The notes beneath the pieces were generated by a model. The model ran no database searches. It was not told the origin of the DNA and saw only the letters and a program-made list of their open reading frames with translations. A stretch of DNA of 64,000 nt from Hydrolagus colliei (Eukaryota): the NCBI GenBank assembly GCA_035084275.1, contig CM068759.1:2480001-2544000 (forward strand), in the 5' to 3' direction. Positions 11,901 to 23,983 of this stretch are shown in pieces (position 1 is the first letter of the stretch; every line of letters begins with the position of its first letter). Position numbers and translations under genes: made by a program.

Positions 11901-12284
11901 TAGGTCACGGCAATTCTCCTGCTGATATGTCTGCTGCAGATTGACTTGCGAGTGTGTGTAGTATTGATTGCCAATGAATTTAATAAGAGTCACTGCAGCT
12001 GTTGAAGGCGATTGTTCAGCATTTGGTCTATTATTTAAATGCAAGACATAGTCACCAGAGCCTCCTAGATAGATGATCAGTAGGAATTAACATTGATGCA
12101 CGACTGGAAGTCACAAAGTTGGGAAAGTTAGAATGCAATATCAGCATAAGATTGAAACTTCTTTCAAGAATTCACAAACTTTAAGATGGATGCGGATAGC
12201 TGCTGGGCATTGCTGAACTACATTTATTTTATTCCATCCTTTGGTTAAGGAGTGTAAAAATACCTTATCAAACATGATCGTGAA

Positions 12285-12520
12285 GGTCCCCGCCTTTGAT
12301 ATAACGTCTTATCATATCATTGAGATGTCGCTCTTCTTCTAACTCTCTCCCGCCCCTCCCCCCTTCCCTACCCCTCTCCCTTGCTCGGGTCCCGACCTGA
12401 CTGTTCAGCGCCTTGGGACATCCTCCCGACGTGAAAGGCGCACTATTAATGTCATTTTGTTGTCGTCGTCTCAAAAGAAGCGTTTCACCGAATATACTGT
12501 AAATGTAGAGTTTTGTGGGC
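12285..12520. mobile_element. Minus-strand SINE tail interrupted by a plus-strand L2 3' end
   Basis: ~12325-12470 matches the reverse complement of the L2 3' end at 53927-54050 (GCTCGGGTC..CAGCGCCTTGGGACATCCTCCCGACGTGAAAGGCGC); SINE tail sequence on both flanks. Confidence 0.7.
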
Positions 12521-12612
12521 TGAACTGAATGCACTGAAATGAACTCTGCTGCTGATTCAGAATTTTCATTCAAGGTCTCAAAACGTTTCCTATGTAACCA
12601 GCCCTCGTGGTC

Positions 12613-12682
12613 TTTAAGCATTCGGAGAGACGCTACCTTGCGCGCAGGGCGCTATATGAATGCAAGTTGTTGTTGTTGTTGT
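12613..12682 (+). mobile_element. L2-type 3' tail fragment
   Basis: AGGGCGCTATATGAATGCAAG followed by (TTG)n. Confidence 0.6.
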
Positions 12683-14903
12683 CGTCTTTGCGACCCTGGC
12701 CTCAGCAGAGGTATGAGAACAGGTCGCTGGTAACGCTGGGGTGATCCCCTTGATATTTCACGATGGCTAGAATTAGATTGTGAAATCTCCAGTATAATTT
12801 TAATAAGAAATCGCAGAAATGGTAACCTGAAATGGATTCCGCTAAGTACGTGATTTAACTTTCCATTCATCCGTTGACTGGTCTCTTCCACGGATCTGTC
12901 GTTCCTGCTGAGGACATTTCTAACTCTATCCCTAATCGTTTCTTTTTCTCTCTCCCTCGTGACACGCGACTGTGATCTGTGCCTCAGCATAATTCAATTA
13001 GTATCCTATGACTTTGATTCCGCAGTTGATACAGATTGCACAGCTGATACTGCAAATAGCTGTCAACAAGCATTTCTGTAATTAGCTCCTTAATTTGTTT
13101 GTCATGACAAAGAGCTCAGCGTTTATTTAAATTGGTGGTGCAGCCAAAGTTTCCGCGGATCTTAGTTTGCGTTCCCATTTTCAATGCGTTTAGGCCTAGT
13201 AGTACTCTTGCTACAGTGTGGGGTAAAATGCCAGATGTACAGTGGCTCTAGTGTGAGGAATGCATTAGCTATTTCTGAGCACAGAATGCACAGAGTGTAA
13301 GGAAGATGGACAAGACAGTTCTCAAGTAGGAGATCTTCGTTTTTACGTAATAAATTTTTCGGTCGCAAGTCTTCGCGCGTGTAAGTGACATGAAAGTCGA
13401 TCGCTAGAGTTCAAGCCGTGAGTCACACTTGGCATTCCTGGAAACCCATGCTAGGACCCTGTTATCAGTTTAACAATACAGCAATCACTTGCACGTTCTT
13501 TTGGCATAATAATTATCGGGGGTACAGTTTAAGATTGTACCATAGCGTGGTATCATTTTAATTCTGCTTGCAGTGAATAACATCCTCCAAATTCATTCAC
13601 TTGATGCTGCCTTTTAATACATTCCTGTGCTTCGGACCATATGCCTCTCTAAGGATCCACTATCTGTATAATGGAAGATAAGATCTGCTAAATAAAAATA
13701 GATAAATCCACGTTGACTACATTTGAGTGGTTGGTGTCTAAAGCCTTCCCCGCGCTTGCTTGATTCATAAATCTACGGACTATCCTATATTTCAGTGGCA
13801 CGGTTGATTTCCCAATTTAAGAGCTTTGTATGAAGAGCTATCTGCTTTCACAATGTGAGCAGTGTGTTTCTGTAACTTTGAGAAAAATGTCTGCACCCAT
13901 TCTTCTCACACGCCTCCTGTAAATGTAATCAGATTGGACCATGCTTGTTATTCCTTTGCGTAGATTAACAAAGGCGTCAGTGACTGGAAAATTACCAGGA
14001 TTCTGCTGATCACAGCTGTATATTACATACCCCCCACTGGAGCCCTCTGGCCCCAGTTTAATACTTGTGACAAAATAATTTGAACCACGAGAAAGTTTAA
14101 TCAGGCTATCATTATCAGCCCAAAGCTTCAAAAGATTTATAAAGAATAAAGCAAAATGCATTTGCCTAAGTAAGGGATCCTTCAGTCTTGGGATTAATTT
14201 ATTGGAAAATCACCAATGATTGTGGACGCATAATGACTTGTGCTGGTGTGCACTTGTGTGTGTGCGCACGTGCGTGTGGTGATTGCATCAATTTCTCTTT
14301 ATAAGGAACTAGACATTTGGCTCCAGGTGCTGGGAAATATAGGGAACTTGCTTCAGGCTCTTAAACGTAGCCATGGCGCTCAATGGATTTTAAAAAAAAT
14401 CCTTCTCAAAGGATGCCCGTGTCTCCATGATTGTGTGTGGTGCTTAAAGTAAATCAATAGTGGCACCTTGTCTTCTGCGAATATCTTATTGAACCTCATC
14501 AATAATTCACCATGTAGTCGTGTCAACACTCTCATGATTCCGCTCAACTGTTCTGTAAGAGCATAACAATAGCCAAGATGGACGGAGGCGAGGTACCAAC
14601 GCAGGTATTGATGTGGCTGTCTTGTTTTGACTTGCGCATTGGTTTCACGGCAGTTCTGCCCTCTATGGGATTTGGGGGGTCTATTCAGTCAAGTGTTGCA
14701 CCGAATACGAAGATGCTTCATCCGTGGCAAGACCTTATGCGTTCTCTGGATGGTCAAGGGGAAACGAGCATGACAGGCAGAGGGACACACGAGTTCCTTA
14801 TTGCAGGCACTGAGCTTTAGATGCTCCTGTGATAAAATAGGCCACTTGTCTGCTTTATCTCCGTGGAGTTGTGCAGTCCGCCTTTCAGCGGGTGTGTAGT
14901 TGT

Positions 14904-15230
14904 GGAGCTCCTGTGGCTAGGTGGTTAGAGCACTTGTCTTGCAAGCTGGGGAGACCTGTGTTCGAATCCAGGCAGGTCAGGGCGAAACCTTGGGCAGGTT
15001 TCCTTACTCCACACGCCTGATAATAATTCCTCCCAAAAAAACACAATAATAAAATTGGTCACTTCAATCCACGGCTGTTTGTGGGGGATGCTGCTGTGCG
15101 CAATTGGCTGCTGTATTCGCCCACAAATATACAGTCAATTGACTTTACAATATATTCTGTGAAGCGCTTTGAGACGTCGATAAGATGTGAAAAGCGCTGT
15201 ATCAAATGCAAGGATTATTATTATTATTAT
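14904..15230 (+). mobile_element. Full-length tRNA-derived SINE (dominant family)
   Basis: A-box TGGCTAGGTGG, B-box GTTCGAATCC, GCTGTGCGCAATTGGCTGC core, L2-like tail, (TTA)n end. Confidence 0.95.
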
Positions 15231-16518
15231 AGTGACATCGTAGCAATCATGGCAATTTGTCTGGGCACAATTGGCCGGTGAGGTTGGCAGTGTTCTCCGC
15301 ACAGATGAATATGCAACCATTATCTTGGGTTTCATTAAGAGCCTAGTAGATTCCAAACCAAATTCTAACACATTTGGGACCAAACATGGCATTGGTTCCC
15401 CATGCAGGCCAATGCGTTAAATCGATCCTATAGACTTAGTTTGCAGAGAACATCTTAATATTGAAATGAGAGAAGCAAACGCTGTGGCTGAATTCACAAG
15501 CGCAAAGAGTTTGTCACTTAGATAAGCTGGAAAAGTGCAACTTGGTATTATGCTTATTTCCAAGTGTACTTAATGAGTTTAAGAATTACCGTACTGACAC
15601 TTCTTGTTTATCACCGTGAAGATTTATTTCCGCAGGGCAGGAAATCACAGTCAGGTAAGCCAAACTACTCTGGTGTATTTGGTAGTGTTGGTGATAAAAA
15701 TTGATCTTGTATATTTCAACCGAGGTGCTTTATTAATCCCTGACATTTAACTTTATACCAGACCAGTTCAGGAGTCGTTTGACTTAGATTTGTTTCATTG
15801 CCACAACAGATTCTCAGAAGACTGAACTTAACTCTTAAGGACGTTTCAGCCAGATTTCATTTTCATGTCGTAGGAGCGTTAGTTTTTATAGCAAGGAAAT
15901 CAAAGATGAGTAGTGCTACAATTTAGCCTTTATAATTGTTTCTCATCAAACTTATGGGAATTGGTTGAAACATAACTTCTAAGAAACTGAAATCTAAGGC
16001 TCACGTTTAAGAATCTGCGCACTATAGGTGTTCCACTTGATTCGCTGTGTACTCGACCATATTGTTAGCAAAATCTGCCATCGAAGCAGTGCAGTCCGGG
16101 TTATGCTTGATCTATTAGTATTGATAAGAATCGGTTGCTTAATCTACTGAGGTGTGTCTAATTTAATAGAAGTGAATAACTGGAAAATAAATCCTTTTTT
16201 GTTCACTGCAGGGGTGTTTCCACTGAGACATTTAACTACACACCCAGTATTCTTACCATCCCTGCTCCCCATTGTTAATTCATACCCACGAAAATAGACG
16301 TGTTAAGGCCAGGGTATGAAAGTGACGCTTGTAATCCTTAACTTGTAATTCAACATAACTGGTGTAGCTCATATTCTGTTGATAGATCTTCACCGTGGTT
16401 ATGACATTAACAGAATTTATTATTCAACTTCCTCGACTTGGGAATAAATGTTCACAACCAAGTATCATATAATGTTCTACAGTTTCACATTTGTGGAAAA
16501 TGTTGGGCCCAAAATTTG

Positions 16519-16835
16519 TATAATAATAATAATCCTTGCATTTGATATAGCGCTTTTCACATCTTATCGACGTCTCAAAGCCCTTGACAGAATATACTGT
16601 AAAGTGAATCGACTGTATATTTGTGGGCGAAACACGACAGCCAATTGCACACAGCAGTGTCCCCACAAACAGTCGTAGATTGAAATCACCCATTATTGTG
16701 ATTTTGTTGGACGGATTATTATTAGGCGTGTGGAGTAAGGAAACTTGCCCAAGGTTTCGTCCTGACCTGCCTGGATTCGAACACAGGTCTTACGCTTGTA
16801 AGGCGTAGTGCTGAACCACTAAGCTACAGGAGCTC
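16519..16835 (-). mobile_element. Full-length dominant SINE
   Basis: reverse complement of 14904-15230 over its whole length. Confidence 0.95.
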
Positions 16836-18141
16836 TACGAGCCGTATCTCAGTGACTTTTATTTCCTTTCAATAACTATTATGAGTTGTGTAAAGCTGTT
16901 GACGCAGTGTCTCCTGCTTATTGTATTTACACACCATTGAGGAGGTTGGGATTTTTGTTTTCGCAAACAAATCTCTGGCTGCTGTTACTGCCGAGAACTT
17001 CTGTTCACTGACTTCTTCTGGCACCATTGGTGAAAATGTAAACTGAAACGCTGCATTCCTTTCCATTTTAAAGTGCTTTGATGATGCACATTGTGTTGTT
17101 ACAGTGGGTGGGGGAAAAAAAATACAGTGTGCCTTTGTATTGCACAGATAGCAATGTTCTTTCATCTGTGTTGCAATTGGCAAGCAGTGGGACATGATGC
17201 TGCCGAGCTTCGCAAATAAATATCACAAGGGATTTATTTAAACTCATTGAGCCTATTCCTTGTGAAAAAAAAGATAGGATATTTTGTACAGAAGAGTATC
17301 ATCATTTGTGTGTATTCTATAAATTTTGAAATACATACAAACTTTCTCTCTCTCTCTCCCCTGGATGAGTTATTTTGACGATTCCCATGTGATTCATTAA
17401 AATACCAGCCCAAGAACACAGTGACAAGCTGTCACTCTGATCAACTTTGAATTTGCAAAGCTCATTTGAAATTGACAAACAAGTCTTTTAGGAGGCAACA
17501 TCCATCAACCAAGCTTGACATGGGAATCTTGGTCAATTAAGAATTAGTCAACAGATGTTAATACAGATAACGTGAGTTACCTAATAGGGTAAAATGAGAT
17601 CTTTTAAGGTAAATATGTGTACTTGGGCGATCAAAGGACATCAGAATATGTTCCCCGATGGCTCATTGTTGCTGACTATAACACCAAACAAGAAGAGAAA
17701 TATTGTTATACTCTGTGACTAGTAATTCCCTAGCTTCCAAAGAAATTCTAGAAACTATCTGAGATTATCATTTGAGCAATCATTGTTCAGGTCCATTTTT
17801 TGTTCTTTTTTTAAAAACAAAAAAACCCCAAATCCAATTTTAAAATGACATTTTCCTAGTCGTTTGCTTCACTTCCACAATGTTTCTGAAAATGGAAATG
17901 ACGAGGTTACAATGAAAAATGTACTGTGGACTATTTTGTCCTTAGCACTGGCAGAACAGCGACGCATTATATGTGGGGAACTCGTATGGAAGAGAAAGTG
18001 CACTTGTCCGAATTGCTAACTGATCCTGAGTATTCTAGGAGGGGGTTATCCAAGCTTCTGAGTCACACGGCAAAACGATGTAATTCAGTATTTTCAAAGG
18101 GTTTCCATTTGGAGGCTGGAGTTTGGAGCCAGTCCAGACTG

Positions 18142-18208
18142 AACAACAACAACAACTTCGATTTATATAGCGCCCTCCATGCTGGACAGCGTCTCAGAGC
18201 GCTTAACT
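18142..18208 (-). mobile_element. L2-type 3' tail (second subfamily)
   Basis: (AAC)n-TTCGATTTATATAGCGCCCTCCA..TCTCAGAGCGCTT; close reverse-complement match to 47841-47908. Confidence 0.75.
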
Positions 18209-18414
18209 GACGAGAGTGAAAGTCTCCTCTCTGACACCTTACAAGTGACCCATATAGAATAAGATTAGCCAGCGTAACTAGCTAGCACTTCTGTTACTTT
18301 GTACCTTGCTCTCTGTGACGTTCTATTCAGATGTTTAGAATGAAGTTTTAAATTACATAACCGCTGAAGTGATTTCATGCTTTATTCACAACAAAAGGGG
18401 CGCTTTAAAATCAC

Positions 18415-18532
18415 ATAATAATAATAATCCTTGCAGTTGATATGGCGCTTTTAATGTCTTCTTGACGTCTCACAGCGCTTCACAGAACATGCTGTAAAGT
18501 GAATTGACCGTGTATATATGTGTGGGCGAAAC
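18415..18532 (-). mobile_element. Dominant SINE tail fragment
   Basis: (TAA)n-TCCTTGCA..GTAAAGTGAATTGAC. Confidence 0.85.
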
Positions 18533-19422
18533 ATAAACTCTTCAGCCACTGGGACTCTGCCAGCAAATGGAATATTGCAAAACACGCACAAAGAGAACGT
18601 TAATGGTTCGGAGAGGGGGCGGAAATTGTTTTTCTTGATGAAATGTCTTGAGACCCTGTGGAATGTAAAGGTAAGGTGAGGGCTCGGATCATTGCTGTCG
18701 CAGTTATCAATGGCAAGCTACTGCCTGCTGTACTGGACTGGAGCTTTGCCATGGGCGGGGTGCTGTTAACTGTTGTCAAAGTGTCTGCTGTCTCTGAAAT
18801 GATTCCATTCATTTTTTTCTCTCTCTCAGTGAGTTTCGGATGTTGGAACAATAGACCATAGTGATAGCTGGGCGTGAGAGCGAAAGCAGTTGCGATCCCA
18901 TTTTCTCAAGGGAAATCGTTTTATTGTTTACCTTGAAAGTCATCTCGCTGTTTATCCCCCCCCCCTCCCAACCCTGTTTAGTGGGATTTGTGCCTCACAG
19001 TAAACACGTGGCTGCATAGGAATACTTTTGATTTTTTTTCCCACCAAATGTTGTTTGAGTTACTATTACTACTCGGGATATTTAATCAGCAAGAGTTAGT
19101 TGCTGGATTTATTTCACGGACACCATGAAAGGCATAAAAATCAGTTCATAACTAATGCAGGTGTGAATGAATTATGAGCCTGCCTCTCAGTCGTAATAAA
19201 ACCCTTAACTCAACACCACTGATGTGACATGATCGTTAAAGTTTACAAAGTAAATAGAATCTAAGAATATTTTTATGATTTTTAAATGTATATTCGATAA
19301 GAGATGTATTGTAGGAAGCATCAATTGCTCCATAAATCATAGTACCTTGTTTAAGTGTGTGTGTGTGTGGTCTCTTTGAATTGTTTTCCTAACAGCCTTT
19401 TAAGTAGTTCGTGTGTTGTGTG

Positions 19423-19452
19423 TGGTGGTGGGGTGGGGGGGGGGGGGGGGGT
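19423..19452. repeat. Poly-G / G-rich tract
   Basis: GGTGGTGGGGT followed by a long G run. Confidence 0.85.
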
Positions 19453-19892
19453 GATGCTTTGATATCAGTGCATGTGATATCCTGTGGACTTGTGAAAATA
19501 AAAGATTCATCAGTCTGGTAGAACCCAGCAAAACACCCATATGACAAATGATGATCGACAACACACGTACGAATACAACTGGTGTCTTCTGCAGTGTAAG
19601 TTGCGCTAAAACGTGATCACTGCAACAAGTTAATGGGAAAAACAGTTCACAGAGTCAATAATAAAGCTTTCTACGTGGGTCTGGAATGTTTAGTATCGAG
19701 ATACTTTTTTTTATTTTACAGTGTTAATGGCAGTCGGTTTTTATACAATAATGAATGGTTGGCAGTGAACTACAAAGCAATAAATCAGTTTGAATGGGTT
19801 CATGTGATGTTTCCAGGGAGGCAGCTTGATTTGGCATATTTATTTAATATGAGAGATCAAGACAAGGGGCAAGTGTTGTACCGTGAAGTGCA

Positions 19893-20063
19893 GTGACTCT
19901 GTATTGTGTTGGTGAATGAAGCAACCAATTTGCACGTAGCAATGTCTCACAAACAGCCATTTTATTTTGGGGACTGTTAGCCAGGACAACAGGACAAATT
20001 CCCTTCTGTTGTTGAATAGTCTTATTGGATTTTTACTCTCCATTGGAACAGGCGAGTGGGTCC
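19893..20063 (-). mobile_element. Old DeuSINE central-domain relic
   Basis: GCCAGGACAAC..GAATAGT..GGATTTTTACTCTCCA..ACAGGC resembles the AmnSINE1 Deu domain (recalled consensus). Confidence 0.65.
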
Positions 20064-20174
20064 TGCGAAGCATCTTGAAGATGTGATGAGACACTATATC
20101 CAATGCAAAGGTTAATATAATTTGCAAGAGTTCCAAGACCCCGTGCGATGTGGAAGGGTGCTCTGTAAACTGTG

Positions 20175-20363
20175 AATAATAATACTAATAATCTTTGCAT
20201 TTGATGTAGTGCATTTCACGTCTTCAAGACGCTTCACAGAATGTACCGTAAAGTGAATTGACTGTATATCTTTTGGGTGAAACGCGGCAGCTAATTGCGC
20301 GCAGCAGTTTCCCACGAGCAGTCATGGATTGAAATGACCACTTTGTTTTTGAGGGATTATTAT
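20175..20363 (-). mobile_element. Dominant SINE, 3' part
   Basis: collinear with the other copies. Confidence 0.85.
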
Positions 20364-20819
20364 CAGATGCAGTATAATTGCAATAAAAGACTACTTTCCC
20401 CCCTAAAAAGTAGGAAGCCTGGCTGATTCCTGTTGTTATTTTACCATTGTTGCTATTGCTCATTTGGAAATACCATTCAATACATCCAGTGTAAACTGAT
20501 GCTGCCTAAAAATGTATTCTGTCACTTGGTGAAATATATGTGTCCATCTTCAATTGTTGCACGCGCTATATCTACTTGGGTTAATTAAGGGGCCTAAATT
20601 TAGATTCTGGATTTGATTGTTTGACTTGCTTCAATTAAAAATGTAATTACAACATTAATGCAATTTAATATTTCACACACTGCAAAGCGATGTAACAAAT
20701 TAATTTGCAAAAGGCAAACTGCTTTCCGCATGCGTTTTATTTTAAAAAATTCAGGAAAAGGGAGAGGAGAAAAGGACTATGGTTAATAGAAACAGTGTCT
20801 CTCGGGGGGTAATGATGTG

Positions 20820-20889
20820 TTGCTTTGAGGCGTCTTGAAGACGTGATAAGGTGCTATATAAAATGCACAAATCATTATTATTATTATTA
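20820..20889 (+). mobile_element. Dominant SINE tail fragment
   Basis: GCTTTGAGGCGTC..GTGATAAGGTGCTATAT..(TTA)n. Confidence 0.75.
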
Positions 20890-22342
20890 GATTACATTCA
20901 GAGATTTGTGTGATTTGTGCAGGGTGGAGTTGTACATGTGGAAACTGGATGGGAAAGGATGTTCCGATAACTTAGTATTGCAAGGAGTGGACTCCCAACT
21001 TTACTGATTCAGCTTCCGTTGTTTCCTGTCGATAGATTTGGTTGTGGCGGATTTGTGGGGGGGGAGCAAGTTCCCTTGTTCATCACTCCCCAAAACCTAA
21101 TGTTTTCAGGTTTTGTCGAGTGTATTTCATCTTAGACTCTTCTTCTACCTATTTGGCAAGAGCAGGCTCACTACTGTTATAGAAAGTGGAGGGGAGACAA
21201 TTGAAAGGCGAGAGGAGAAACAGGAGACATCAATAGTGGAGAAATTGTGTGTGTGTGTGTGTGTAAATACGAAAAATTCAGGCTTTTTGTTTTACTGTTC
21301 GAATTGGAAAACAAACCCTGGACCATTATCGATTTCCCCCAAAGCTTTTCTTTGTCCTCTGTTTAGTTTATTGTTGGGATTTCCTTGCACGGTCCCACAC
21401 ATCCATAGCTGGAAAGCAAACAGCAGACACCACCTTGAAAGGAAACCGAGTTATGCCATGACAGGTTCTGAAACCTTTTTTACTTCTTGAACCTGACGTA
21501 GAAGCAATCTGGCAGATTGAACGAGAAGTCAACGATGATACATGCAGAATATTCTCTTAATCAGCAAATGAGGCACGGAGCTTGAAAATCCAGCAGCTCC
21601 TTCTGGTCAACTTACAGTAGAAACACCTTCTCTCCCATGATTTATTTAATTACTCATCTGTGGAGGCTGTCAGTGCTGTTGCAATTGTTGTGGTGGTGGG
21701 GGGGAAAAAAAAGAGATACTAATTTGTCAGGGAGACTTGTTATAGTCAAAGAGAGAAGGGAATTAGTTCTTTTCATGGGACTGACATGTTGTTTCACCCA
21801 GACACTGCACTGAAAGATGGTGGCACTCAGCCATGCATTCATGATTAAGGACGAGAAGAAGGAGATGAAAAGAGGAACTAAGAGAGGTCATTGAATGGCG
21901 AGAGAAACTAAGAAGTGAAGCTGTGTGCATGTGCGGGCTTGATTTTTTTTCCATGTGCGTATTGAGTAAATTATTCCCAATTGAATATGTGCGTGTTGAT
22001 ACAGCGAGAATCTAGTTTTAACAATATTTTGCCCCGTCGTTGCATTCATTTCTGAATCGCCTTAAACAAGTCATTGACTCACTGTACAATTCCAATGTTT
22101 CTACATTCTGTTTCCAAGTCTCTTAGCTCAGTCCTTCGAATGATCCAAAACTGCATTATATTAACCAGGCTTTCAAAGGAATTGCAATGGAATTGGAATC
22201 CAAAGCCTGCAAACAAATCCTGTTTTGAAATTCTGTTCAGTTAATTTCTCTAGTTGAGTCACACAGGGTTGGGGTTAGACATGCTGCATGTGCAGAACAG
22301 GCTCCCATTCGAACTCCGTTTCTCGATCTCATTCCAGGACAT

Positions 22343-22745
22343 CATTCTCTCTGGAGCAGAGAAGATTGAGGGGAGACCTAATAGAGGTTTATAAGATCAT
22401 GAGGGGTTTCGACAGGGCAAATAGAGAAATACTATTTCCACTCGTGGGCGAATCTGTGACTCGTGGTCACAGATTTAAAATAGTTTCAAGGCGAAGTAGA
22501 GGGGAGCTGAGGAGAAATTTTTTCACTCAGCGAGTTGTTCGAATCTGGAATGCATTGCCTGAAAAGGTGGTGGAGGCTGATTCGATAACAACTTTTAAAA
22601 GGGAATTAGATCTTTATTTAGGGAGAACAGGTCTATTAGGCTATGGGGAGCGGGCAGGGCAGTGGGATTGAATCGCTCTTTTCAAAGAGCCGGCACAGAC
22701 TAGATGGGCCGAATGGCCTCCTTTTGTGCCGTAAAATTCTATGAA
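22343..22745 (+). mobile_element. CR1 LINE 3' end (ORF2 C-terminus plus 3' UTR), 5'-truncated
   Basis: FSLEQRRLRGDLIEVYKIMRG..TRGH..FFTQRVVRIWNALP..FKRELD is the canonical CR1 ORF2 end; UTR has GGGCCGAATGGCCT and ends ATTCTATG. Confidence 0.95.
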
Positions 22746-22746
22746 T

Positions 22747-22858
22747 CACCCGCAAAATACACAGTCAGTCCACTTTACAATATATCCTGTGAAGCGCTTT
22801 GAAGCATCTCAATAACGTGATAAGGCGCTAATTCAAATGCAACGATTAGTATTAGTAT
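22747..22858 (+). mobile_element. Dominant SINE tail fragment abutting the CR1
   Basis: CACTTTACAATATATCCTGTGAAGCGCTTTGA..AAATGCAA. Confidence 0.8.
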
Positions 22859-23905
22859 AAATGCAGCGTGAATTACATGGTGCAAGGTGCAGGATTCAAC
22901 TTGAACACAGTTCACTCAATGACTTTCAGTGTAATTTCACTTGTACGGTTTACGTTTGGGTGTGTGTATGGAATTTGATTCCATTGGAGGATCTGAGTAG
23001 GATTTAATGATAGCAGTCGCCTAAATTTGGAGTTCATTTTGACCTCTGACACTTGTACTCTTCTGCCTAGTCTGTGTGCTTGTGTGAGTGTGTGTTGGGA
23101 GATTTATTCAAAAGAACACACCGATCTTGATTTTCCTCCACACTTGCCCTTCCACTTTTGTCCGTGCTCGTTTATCAGGAGAAATCCTTAGTAGTTTTGG
23201 GTCATTAGTTTGCGAGTTGTAAGATATTACCATTTTCGTTGCTTTGCAGTGATGGAGTTTTGCAGCTTTTCCAGGGAAAAAATATTGAAACCTTTACTGG
23301 GGGGGTGGGGTTGGGGTGGGGGCAGGTGCAAAGTGGGGGCGGTGGTGATGTGTGAAAGTATTCTAAATGTGCAAGAGAGTAGAGTTTTAGAGTGAGTTGT
23401 ATGACAACCTTTCATACCAGCAGAGAAATTCCCTCCTCCTCCTCCAAGCCCAAACTGCAGCTCAACGATGTGTTTATTCTATATCCACATGGCTTGTGAT
23501 ATAACTTACTTACCTGAGCCAATTCAAATGAACTCTGGACTGGAGAATAGTTTGCGAACGGTTTTACTCGCAGATTTGTTCTAATTTGCATTATTTCACC
23601 GGGCTGTGAATTTATTAACGTTGTTCCTCAATGCTAGAATCAAGATATTGATTGTACGATAAATGATGGAGAGCCCGCTCATAGTTTGCTCCATATACAC
23701 ACGGTAATTATTCACGAGGCACGAAGAGGAAAGTCAGTTGTACTGGGGCCGTCTTCCGGCAGATATTTATTCTCAAGCCATCAGCAAGCAGACGTGTAGC
23801 ATTCAAGGCTGCCCGATAGCCAGTTGTTTTGGAGAAGCTGCGATATTTATTCCTGCTTTACCTCTCCTTCTCTTTCTGGGTTAGCACCTTGAATCAAGTT
23901 TTAAT

Positions 23906-23983
23906 ATTAATAATGGTAATAATCCTTGCATTTGATAGAGCGCTTTTCATGTCTTCTAGACCTCTCAAAGCGCTTCACAGAAT
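23906..23983 (-). mobile_element. Dominant SINE tail fragment
   Basis: AATAATCCTTGCATTTGATAGAGCGC..GCGCTTCACAGAAT. Confidence 0.85.

Noticed and set aside
14904-14975. tRNA gene-like A and B boxes
   Set aside because: SINE head that continues into the SINE body; no complete cloverleaf
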